From Heteronotia binoei (taxonomy: Eukaryota), in NCBI RefSeq assembly GCF_032191835.1, contig NC_083228.1:82708001-82772000 (forward strand): a stretch of 64,000 bases of DNA, in the 5' to 3' direction. Both the position numbers and the translations under genes were made by a program. The notes under the pieces are model-generated. The model was not told the DNA's origin, did not search any database, and worked only from the letters and a program-made list of their open reading frames with translations. The first letter of the stretch is position 1. Each line of letters begins with the position of its first letter. Positions 24,844-36,800 of this stretch are shown here, piece after piece.

Positions 24844-27800
24844 GTTTTTAGTTGTTCTTATTACTTTAGAAGAGGCTGTTTTTCATAATGCAAAGTGCCA
24901 AGATACTCTTATGTGAGCTGTGATTTAATTGGAAGTCAGCTCCTGAAGAAATGTGCAAAAATCAGGCTGCAGATCTCCTGACACAATTAAAAGGGTCCTA
25001 GGGCAGATGGCCAGGAACAGCAAGACTGTGTTAATTTTGCAAGACTGATAGAAAATTATTTTTGATTATGAACAAAAGAATCTGGAGATGTCAGATTTAT
25101 GCATGCTTCAGATGAAATGTTTGTCAAAGCTGGTGTCACACAGTCATCAGTGTGAAAAAAGACAGCAGGTTTTTAAACTTCAGAATACTAGTGTCAGCTG
25201 TTCATTAAATGTTGTAGCAACAGTTGTTCCAGGGAAACTTTGTTAAAAGAACAATTTCCATTTTTGTGATCAAATGATTTATATTCCAACTGAACAATTA
25301 TAGTATTCATGCATCTGATTTCCTCTTCTATGGTAACAATCCTGCTCCATTTCCTGCAGAAGAATTTACATGGATTACAATGCAACCACCCCACTGGCAC
25401 CTGAGGTGATTCAGACAGTTAGTGAAGCCATGCAAGAAGCTTGGGGCAATCCTAGCAGTTCCTACACAGCAGGTGAGAGCAGGCTTGCGTGGAAGTATGA
25501 GAGTATCTCCTTTTGCATACAAGTGGGTCTTCAATTGAAGCTCAATCCCTTGTTCAAGTCACTAGCAATAAGGATTAAGGGTCAAACTAGACATGAGAGC
25601 TCTCAGTCTTCAATACAGGTAAATTGTGCAAGAGCAGAGTATTTCAGTTACTGAAGTTATCCAGATGTTCTTCCTCAAAAGAGCACAGATGTCGCAGGAA
25701 CATCACATTTCCCCATCAGTTTACAAAGCAATATACCAGTGGAGAAGCATGATATATTTGAATTTGAAATTACATTTGACTTCAGTGAATTTAGAAGGGT
25801 GTAACTCTACTCAGGATTGCACTGTTAGCCACATTAATTCAATGCAAACATTCTGGTTGTTTCTCCATTGTCTGTTTTAGATAATAAATTTATTCAGGAC
25901 AGGAACCTGACTACATTTGCCCGTGTAACTCAACAAGCCACTGACGGTTGCCTGTTATATTAATGGCAATGAAGGTTCTCCCCCATTCTGACTTGATTGC
26001 ACATTTATTAAAGGAACAGAGATAATGCATGCATTTGTTTTAAACACTTTGAGCACTTCTGAATGGTAATGCTTAAGCTCAGGAATACTCATGCTGATTT
26101 GAAACAGAATGAGAGAGAGCTAGCTAAGACAATGCAGAAACAACCTCATTTTACTGATCAAATGGAAAAGTACTGACTTTATGACATCTTTTTAGTGTCC
26201 CTGGGGACATTCTGGTATATGTGAGAGTCACAGACCAAACTTGTTTCTATTTTCAGTTTTAACCAGGTTTTTAATATACTGTAATGAAATGCTTCTTTTT
26301 CTGTGACCCAGTCTTTATCACTCACTGATAAATGTTTTTGTAAAGACCACAAAGTCAAACTTCTGGAATTTGTTTTTGTTTCTTAACATATTGCTATTGT
26401 ATTGGAATAACATTTGCATAGGTATAACCTTTCAGTATTACTATCTTTTGAAGACTTCTGTTTTCTTAGTTATCAGTAAGCTGAACTTTGGGCTTTGATT
26501 CTACAGGTCAAAGGGCTAAAGAGATCATAAGTGAAGCTCGTCAGAGTCTGGCTAGAATGGTAGGAGGACAGCCCCAGGACATCATCTTCATTTCTGGTGG
26601 GACAGAGGTATGGTTGCCAATCCCCAGGTGGGGCAAACCGGAAACTGCAGTGTACTGATTAGCAAACACTAGAAATAAACCACTGCGTTTTTATGTTGCA
26701 AATAAATGCTTAAGCAATTTTTTTCATAATGATGCAATTATCATCACAAGCCAAAATTCATTAAATGTCCATAGAAAAATCAAAAAGTTATTTCACACCA
26801 CTCTTGTAAGGTAGTACTTTCAAAATCAGAATGTTATTTCACATCACTCTTGTAAAGTAGTACTTTACAGTCCACTGTCTCAGTTCTCCTTTGCTTGAAA
26901 GACGTAGACAGTATCACACTTGTATATGATTCCTCCTATGGGTAGCAGACCAAAGTCTGACAGGTGCGGCGGCTACACAGGTCCTAGGTTCAGTTCTGTG
27001 TTTCATTCACCTTCCACTGGCCGCTTTCTTTTAGCTTTGGAACTTTAACATAAATAAAATAATCATTTACCATACAAATCATAACTAAGCATAACAAATA
27101 TTTCTCTGATACAAACCAATCAATGCTTACCCTGTGCTAAAGGCAATTGCTCATACATTACAATACAATGTTACTTTGCAGCTTGCACAAATGGTTCTCA
27201 AACACACCTGATTCTCAGGCAGCATACATAGTACCATACAACTGTATCCAATTTACACTTAAACTGATATACACACATATATTTTCATGCCATTTTTAAA
27301 CAAATACAGACAAATCCAGTGAGGCATTCAGACCCCGGGGGAACATGGTCTGAAATTTATGAATAAAAAAGGCTTCCTTTTGCAGTAGGATTTTAGAAAC
27401 ATTCTCTATATTATATTGATGCCCTTTATAAGCATGCACCACTCCACACTGTATCTCATCACATGAGCGTCCAAATTCAGCACAGTGCTGGACAATGAGA
27501 GCATCTAATATGTTCCAAAAAACGTGCTCTCAAATTGCGCATATTTGAGCCAACATAATGCCTGGAACATGGACACCTTAAAATGTAAATTATTCTTGAG
27601 GTGGTGCAGGTGCTTAGATGAGTCAATCTCCAAGTAAAACCATTTATAGTAAATTCCTTAATCTCAATAGTATTATCACAGATTGAACAATTTCTGCATT
27701 TAAAATGGCCCCTTAGTCTGGCCTGCATAGGAGGAATCTTTACACACATGTCTGATCTTATTAATATGTCCCTCAGTGTTCTGCATTTCTTCCAGCCAAT

Positions 27801-30800
27801 CATGGGAAAAGAAGCACACCCAGGAAGCTCGTCTATCATGTGCCAATGCCTTCTCAAAATGTTGATAATCTGTTTTGATCTGACTGAATATTGGAAGGCA
27901 CAGACCAATCTTTGGTCTGATCTCTGTTGCGATCCCATCTTATCCTGCAATAACTCACATCTATCTTTAAAGTTAGCTTTTAATAAAGCATTCTGCAAAA
28001 CATCCTCAGGATAGCTCTCTCTCTCTCTCTTTACGTTGTTGTAAATGTCTATAAAGGTTCAAAAAATCAGTTTCTTTTGTGCAAACTGATTTTTACAAAC
28101 TGCTCATAGGGTAAATTATATTTAATGTGAGGAGGATGAAAGGATTCAAATTGCAATAGAGAATTTTTATCAGTGGGTTTTGTATATAGTCTAATTCCAA
28201 GCCGATCATGCTCATTCCTGTATACAATGGTGTCTAAAAAATTAATTTCTAATAGATCGCTGTGAGCTTCAAATTTAATAGTTGGGTGTACATCATTACA
28301 CCATCTCACAAAACTGTCAAGCGTGCTCTGATCTTTATATAGAAGACAAATATCATCTATCTAAAATACTGTACAATATTTGCATGAAAAGGATTGCATT
28401 GTATATTCATGAAAAACTTCTCTTTAAAATTTTCCATGATTAAGTTTGCTATATCTGGAGCACAAGGAGAACCCATGGTTGCCAATCTCCAGGTGGGGGC
28501 AGGGGATCCCCTGGAGGCCCTCCCTTCACTTCATGGTTAACAGAAAAGTGGGGGCAGGAGGAAATGTCTGCTAGGCACTCCATTATACCCTATGATCGGT
28601 TCCCATAGGGTATAATGGAGAATCAATCTGTGGGTATCTGGTCCTTGGAGGGGGGGCTGTTTTTTGAGAAAGGGGCACCAAATTTTCAGCATAGCATCTG
28701 GTGCTACTCCTCCAAAAAACAACAACCAAGTGCTGTGAGTCCCAAAAGAAGGTGCCTCCATCCTCCATTACTTCCAATGGAGGGAAGGCATTTAAAAAGA
28801 ACATTGTCCCTTTAAATATGATGGCCTCAATTACCTTTGGAGTTCAATTGTGCTTGTCAAAACCTAGCTCCTGGCTTCACCCGTAGTCTCCTGGCTCTAA
28901 CCCCAAAGTCCCCAGATATTTCCTGAGTCAGAGAACCCTAGACAGAGGTGAGATGGAAAAGCAGCAAAAAGAACAGTCCAGAACACACAGGTAGGTTTTT
29001 CTGAGCCAGTGTGGTCTAAGCACTGCTGTTAGGTTATTGGGCTAAGACTTGAGAGACCTGTGTTCAGATCCCCATAAAACTTCCTGGATGGCTATAGTAA
29101 AACCATTCTTAGCCCAGTCAATCTTTCAGCTTAACCTACTTCACAAGGTTGTTGTGAGAATAAAATGGTGGAGGGTAGAACTATGTGTGCCATCTTGAGC
29201 TCCTCAGAGGAAGGGTAAAAGAAAAAGAAAAATATGACAGACTTTATTTGTAGTTCCAGGTTAGTCTGAAAAAACATCGATCAGAGCAAAAGAAAAGTTA
29301 GGCTTCTTGTGCAGAACAGGTCTTGTTTTTATTTAAAACAGGCAAGGCATGACTGATTGATTCTTTCAGATGATAGCTGTGTTGGTCTGCAGTAGAACAG
29401 CTAGATTTAAGTCCAGTAGCACCTCTGAGCACCTTATAGATTGATTCTGTTAATTATTATAGATCTGCCTTTGAGACCGAACCAAGAGTTCACTTGATTG
29501 ATAGACTAGTGCATTGCCCTCCAAGGACTATATTTTCAAAATTGGATTTGAAGCAGGCCTGTAGCCACAGTGGGGTAGGGTGTGCTATTAACCTCCATGC
29601 CCCATAACTTCATCTACCCAGTAATCCAAATTTTAAAAATGATTTAAATTGTGCTGCAGTGCAGTGTGCCTTGCTGGCATCCTGCCCCTGCTGTGCCTGC
29701 CGGATGCAAGAGATTCCTGGAAAGAACTTTTGCAAGGGGTGAAAACAATGGCAGCAGTAAGAGACCGAGGCGGCTGGTGCCGTCCTTTCCCTGCTAGTCC
29801 CCAGGGATGCCCAAATGCGCAGATGCATTTCTTCCATAGAGTTAGCAAGGAAATCATATAGAAAGAATTCCGGTTCCCAGTCCACAAATTGTGATTTTCA
29901 TTTCCCCTGCACCGCGCACCAGGAATTCCTGCAGGCAGCTTTTCCTTTTCGTCTTTTCCAAATCTGACCATTTTTACAATGATGGGAGTTTTGCTTCCTG
30001 TCTGTCTCTGTTGAAGGCTGGAAGGAGCAGGTAAAAATAGATGTGCATTTGGCAGCCCTGGGAATGGCATTCATTTGAAAGGGATGGCTCTGCTTGTAGC
30101 TGTCACTCATGATAGGAGTGCAGGACAGCAGTGAAGCCTGGGTCTCAAGGGGGTAGGGGTAGGTAGGCCACACTCCAGCATTGCTCCAGATTCTCCCCAC
30201 CTTGGCCATCACCTGCTCTGGCACTGGAGGAAGCTGAGACAGCTGGGGTGGTGAGGGAGAGGCACACTGCAGACAGGCAGCATAGCAGACTCCTTGCCCA
30301 TCTCCTGCTCTAGCACCTGCCCTCCAACTTATTTAAATGCCCCCAAAGGAAAAAAATCCTGACAATGCCCCTGATTTGAAGTAACCAATAGGATCTGTAT
30401 CCTGCCCTTTTCTGCAGGCAAATAACTTGGTGATCCACACTGCAATGAAGTATTTTAGAGAAGGCAACAAGCAGAGACATAATGGGCTAAGAGATCAAAA
30501 GAAAACTTGGGGGACATATCCACATTTAATTGTGTCTTCTGTTGAACATGACTCAGTCCTCCTCCCCGTGGAGCACTTGGTGAAAGAACATGAGGCTGGT
30601 GAGTATCAGCCACTGTATTTTTGTATTTGTATATGTGTGTGCGTGTATGTGAGTGTGTGTGCACATGTGAGATACAAAATGAAATAGGACTGTGGTAAAA
30701 TAGTAAAAGAAAACAAGATAAACATATTAAGAGAGATGCCTAACAAAAACTTCAGCTTCCCAAAATGACACAGACACATTAAATATGAAAGGAAAGAGCA

Positions 30801-33800
30801 GTCTCTGAGTCTTCTTGAAATGGCATATGCTCAGGATCTGCTGGAGTATGACTGGTGATTGATTTCATAGTTCATCACTGGATACCAACCTAGTCCAAGA
30901 TTGGATCACAAAATAATTCTCAGGGCCAGATTTTAATGAACAGGAAGGTGTATGTGGAAGAAGGTGTACGTTCCCATATTTCAAACAAAAATAGAAAATG
31001 GGACAATAAGCTATGAAGATCTTGCCCTCTTTCCTCCTTCACACACATGATTTTCCCTTCCGTCTTCTCTCTTGCTGAGCAGCATCTATATCAGTTTTCT
31101 TCTTATATGTTTGCCTATGGCTGTCCTGCCACACACACACACACACTCCTAACTGGGCATGAATTACTTAGCTATTCTCCTTTTTTTTGCTTGAATGAGG
31201 ATCCTCCTTGATCCACTCACTCCCCTAGCCTCCTTCCCAGTCCACAATCAGTGCCTAACTGTATCTTCTTCAACTGTCAGTTCCTAACTGTCATTCCTTA
31301 ACTGACACTCTCAACAGCATTCCATTTGAACAACCTGTCACTCAAAAGTTCTCAGACTCTGTTAGGCATTAACTCTTGACAGTCCATCACCTAAGTATAT
31401 GAACATTAATTTTCCATCATGCTGGTTTTAAAAGAATATATTTATTACACATCTTCTGAAACTACTCCCCAAAGTAGTGTGATTCATGCAATGAACTATG
31501 GCATTAGCTTGTTTGCACTCTAATTTGCAGAAGCCACTTTTGTCCCAGTGTCCAAAGCAACTGGGCAGGTGGAAGTAGATGATGTCATTGCAGCAGTCCG
31601 TCCAACCACATGTCTGGTTTCTATTATGCTGGCTAATAATGAGACTGGAGTTGTCATGGTGAGTTGCTCCTTTAGTTAGTATTGCCCACATGTTCAAGGG
31701 GAAGGGGTTTAGTTTTCTGTATGTGACAACACTATAGTGAGCAGTCCTAAGCATGTCCACTCAGAATCCTTAGGCTATTCGGTGGAGCTTATTCCCAGGG
31801 AAGAATTTTTAAAATGGAATTGTTAATATCAAATATGCATCAGAGAAATTTCACTGGTCTTTCTTCTCTCTCCTTTTCCCTCTGTATTACCGGTAACTGT
31901 TCCCCCTTCTCATTATTCCTTTTCATGAGGTTAACTAGTCATGTATCCTATAATCTTTCAGTCAGCCCTATATTAGTTTTTAATGACTAAATGTGTTAAA
32001 GTATGCACACAAAATGAAACAGAAATAAGACTAGAAAAATAGAAAATAGACAAAATATCAGATCAAGATCGAAATGTCTTCAACAATTCTAATCTTATTA
32101 GGGATTGGGATGATAATTGAAATTTGAAATAGACTCTTTGGCTCAAGGATATGGAAGCTATAATGTGCAAAGCAGCCTGAAGTGGTCACTTGTTCATGTA
32201 AGATATTCTATAGTGGCATCAAATACCAAACCTGAAAGGCAGTAAGTAGTGTTTTTGTCAGTACGAAGCTCCCTGACTGTGTTTGTTTTCTCATCAGCCT
32301 ATCTCAGAACTCAGTAAGCAGATTCAAGCTCTCAACCAGAGGAGAGGGGCATCTGGTCTGCCACGAATCTTGATACACACAGATGCAGCCCAGATGATAG
32401 GAAAGGGTCAAGTGAACGTGCAGGACCTGGGAGTGGATTATCTCACCATTGTAGGACACAAGGTATGGCTGTCTTCTCTTTAGACATCTCTGTATGTTGT
32501 ATAAGAGATGGCCACATATCTAGGTCAGCCATGACTATCCCATTACTTACTGAGCTGGGAGCTTGTTCTCTACCTGTAGAGTGTTTGTGTATCTTGGATA
32601 GTCAATGTGGAGAGGAGAATAAAGAATGTCTTAAAGAGATTAATATGCCAAACTGGAAACTGGCAATAATCCATTTACGTAATTCTCACTCATGCAGTTC
32701 TGAATATGCTGGATTGCAGGCAGTGGTGCAGGGCTACATTTGCTCCTTATGTATTGGAAGAGTTCAGTGTGCTATCTCCAACTCATATGATATTAGAGTT
32801 TTTCTCTTCTCAAGAAGATGTCTAAAGATTTGTTGGGAGTTGTACAAGTTTTTGTTTGAATTTCTCTTTCACTGCTTCTTAACCTTACAAGTACAGAGTT
32901 TTCAATATGTACAGACACTGCAGAGAACAAACAATATAACTATCTCACTTTGTCTTCTTCTGAATTCAAAAAATCAAGTGCATTGGTTCTTAAATGTTGA
33001 TCAACTGAGTACTACTATTCTGGTTTCTTGGTTCTTTGCTGACTACTTTATCTTGTAGATCTCCTGGCCACCATGTGGTTTCCATTTTGGAAGCTGATTG
33101 GAAGGTTTTTTCATATGGTCTCAGAAATGGTCTCAGAAATGTAAAACTGAAATGAACAGTGGTGTCTTTATAGATACCTTGGTGACACAGAGTATGCACA
33201 GAAATAGCAATTTCTTCCTGGCTCTGCTAGCAATGCCTCCCCTTTCATCCTTCATGTCTAATAGAGCTACATTTGCAGGTAGAAGGTTCTGAATCTTTAG
33301 TTATTCATTTTAACTGCAAACTTGATGGATCTATGCTAATCAATAGGGCCGTAAAAAGAGGCCACCGCAGATAAGGCTGAAGGTTAAATATGTTCAGAGG
33401 TTTTCCCAAATATTCAGGAAAATATAAGTCTGTAAATTTAGAAAAAGACATGCATGCCCATGACTCGGTGAACTTGATCATTTTCCCTCAAAGAAGAACA
33501 GAAGGTTGAGGGCAGTTAAATATCAGTAGAAAAATAGGGAAACCAAGGTAATAGTGATGGTGGGAATTGTATGAGGCATGCATCTTCCAACCATAATTCC
33601 CATCCCTAGTTTTGAGGGCTGTCTGCTTTCATGGCCTGTGAAGCCTTTAAAAGTAAGAGTTCTGAGGAAGAGGATTAAATAAGATTGGGGAACAACAAAA
33701 GTCCTCTAGCCATAATTAACATTTCCCCCCATCAAGGACTCTTTTAGCTGTAAAATGAATAGAGTCCTTATCGGCTTAAAGTAAACTGGAATGTGGAGGG

Positions 33801-36800
33801 ATGAAAAGAGGGTTAGGAATGAGCACCATAAGGCAGGCACCTCCTGAGCCCAATTTCTGCTCCAAACTCCCCCATGCAGGGTAGAAAAAGGGGAGGTAAA
33901 AAATACCCCTCTCTCATCTGCAGTACTCTGGTTTGGGGTTTGATATACAGATTACTTTTAGGATTTGTTCAGCAGGAAACTTTTCATGTGCACTCATGCT
34001 GTTGTGCTGTGGGTGAGAGAATTATCCCAACTTTTAAACATCATAATTTTGTGGCATACCTAAAAGGTCATTAATTAAAGATTAATTCATTTGTGTTTAA
34101 TGCACATAAGAATTTCCCCACTAGATGGTGCTGAATGTTCAAGATTTTTGTACTGTGTTGGAGCATGATATGGCTGAACAATATTCCATTACAGCTTTCT
34201 CTTATTCTCTGCCAGGAGTTCGGAGAGGTTTGGTAAAACTGAAAATGTAATTATTAAACTAATTGTGGCATCCAAAAGTATGTTTATTGTGTGGTTTTAA
34301 ATATTCCAAGTTGGAGGACAACAGGTGAGGGAAATATGTGGACCTGTCCATTGTATAATGTATATAGAAGACAGTGAAAAGTGGTCAGTGGCACAGTGTA
34401 TAGGATCCATCTATTTTTTTCTCTTTGTTTTCCTTTAGCAGCAACCAAGTTTTTTTTCTCTCTCTCTAAGCATTTATTTTCACTTCTCCACTCTGGGTGA
34501 GAGTTCATTTTATGGCCCATGTTAGTTTTACTTTTGTTTTTCTCTCTCATGTTAGGATCACTACTTAGTACTTGTTTGGGGTCCCAAGATATCTTTTGTA
34601 ATTTATTGTTGTAGTTTTATGGCCCACGGATCGGAGCTCTGTATGTGCGAGGACCTGGTACTTCCACCCCTCTCTATCCCATGCTGTTTGGAGGTGGACA
34701 GGAATGTAATTTTCGTCCTGGGTAAGATGACTATACTGTGGGTGGGCCTAAAGCGATTGAGAGGCCAGTACTGGAATCTGTGAGCAAAGTATCTTTTTTC
34801 TGCTGAGATTGAGGAGCTGCAAAATAAGGCAGTAAAAAGAAAACATATTAATCACTTCAAAAATATTTTCCTCATGTTTGTACACTGGGTATTCACAGGA
34901 AAGTAATTGAAAGGCTCATCTGTGCAAAATTGGTATTGCTTAGTTCATTAGCCACATTCTGTACAGTACAGAGGGTTAAGGATATCCAGGTGGGTAGTAT
35001 GCCAAGACTGTTCAGAAAACTATCACTCATTGAAAATGTATGTAGCCTTCTTATTAGTAGGCAGTGTAATGTTTGAAGGTTGCCATAGATTTTAAATAAT
35101 TCTCTATTGGTTTTTGGAGCTGGTTTAGAGAAGATCCCCTCTTTTATTGCCAATATCAGAACTTTTTGGTTAACAAGATCAGGCTTCTTTTTCCACAGAA
35201 TAACTTTCTCCACCTTTCTCAGTGTTTGAATTAGGATAACTGTCCAAATAGGTATAGTACCTGTGCAGCATATATTGTGCTGGGTAAGATGACTATACTG
35301 TGGGTGGGCCTAAAGCCACCTGTTGTTTTTTTTCTGTTCTAGGACTGAGAATACACCGATGATTGCTGGTCTTGGTAAGGTGAGCTAACCAGTAATACTA
35401 AGAGGAGTACAGATGAAATGCTGATTAGAACTTTGTTGTACAAATTGCATTCCTTCACAAAAAAAGGAGAAGCAAACTATCTTCTTATAGCAAAACAATC
35501 TTCAAACTTAGACCCGATGTTGCTGTCGTATTTATTTAACAGCTGAAGCAGCACAAAATAATCCAGGTTATCTGGGATTTCCCCTGGCAGTGGTAGTGCT
35601 CTCATGCCAAAATAAGGGCAGAGTCTTATGTTGTGTTACTTTGATTGACATGAGGAGTAAGAGCTTCCAATATGCATTACTTGCATGCCTGTGCAGCGCA
35701 GAACAGTGATGGGGGAAATGGCTTATAGCAAATGCAAGGGGTTTCCCATCATTATGGGTCCAGTTGTTGAGAGCTGGATGAAAGGTCAGAAGCTGTGATT
35801 CTAGGAGGATTGAGAGCAACTGGAGAAACTGTACAATAATTGCAGTTATACAAGCAACTTTTCAGGAACAAGATGGGGATACCACACTGGTTGGTAAATA
35901 TAGGAGGGGAGGGGAATAGTGCTCTAAACAGTTCCGAGCTGTGCAATGGCTTGTGGAGAACATAAGCAGATTTTCTTGCCTCTGAGAGTGCAGCACAGAT
36001 GTATGTGTACTGGGCTTTCTTTCAGCTGATATGAACATATGAAGCTGCCTTATACTGAATCAGACCCCTGGTCCATCAAAGTCTGTATTGTCTTCTCAGA
36101 CTGGCAGCTGCTCTCCAGGGTCTCAAGCTGAGGATTTTCACACCTATTTGCCTGGACCCTTTTTTTGGAAATGCCAGGGATTGAACCTGGGACCTTCTGC
36201 TTCCCAAGCAGATGATCTACCACTGAGCCACCGTTCCTCCCGGTGATGGTTCCTTTGGGTGTGAATGGGAGGTTAACAGTGCTCTCCTGCCTGTTCCAGC
36301 ACTACCTCTGGTATCTATCACCTGCTTTATTTTCTAAGGACATTCTCCAGTTTTCTCCAGTTTTTAAAATCGTGTTTACTGCACCAAGAAACATTTGTAG
36401 TTTTTATTTTGCAGGCAGCAGAACTGGTGAACAAGCACTGTGAAACATATGAGGCTCACATGAGGAAAATCCGGAACTACCTGGAAGAGAGGCTTAAAGT
36501 GAGCACACTAACATCCCTCAATTTTCAGCCGTTGTGTGGGGAAAGGAGATAGTTTTCCTGAAACTATGTTGTGCTAGTTATTTATGCAGCTATTTATAAC
36601 TGGCTTTTCTCCCCAGTGGGGACTCAGAACAGCTTACAACACCGTTCTCCTCATAACAACCACTCTGTGATGTAGCTTAATCTGACCCAAGTTCACTCAG
36701 CGAGCTTCCATGAAAGACTGAGGATTTGAACCTGGGTCTCCCAGCTCCTAGTCTGATCATTGTAACTCTCTGGAGTGTGTTTACACATATTAGAACAAGA

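Noticed and set aside
32465-33058. 197-aa plus-strand ORF
   Set aside because: Starts inside the SCLY exon-6 donor, is intronic, and has no recognisable motif; probably antisense of a decayed retroelement.
22643-36241. tRNA genes at SINE heads
   Set aside because: Heads are truncated or diverged and continue into SINE bodies; they are not bona fide tRNA genes.
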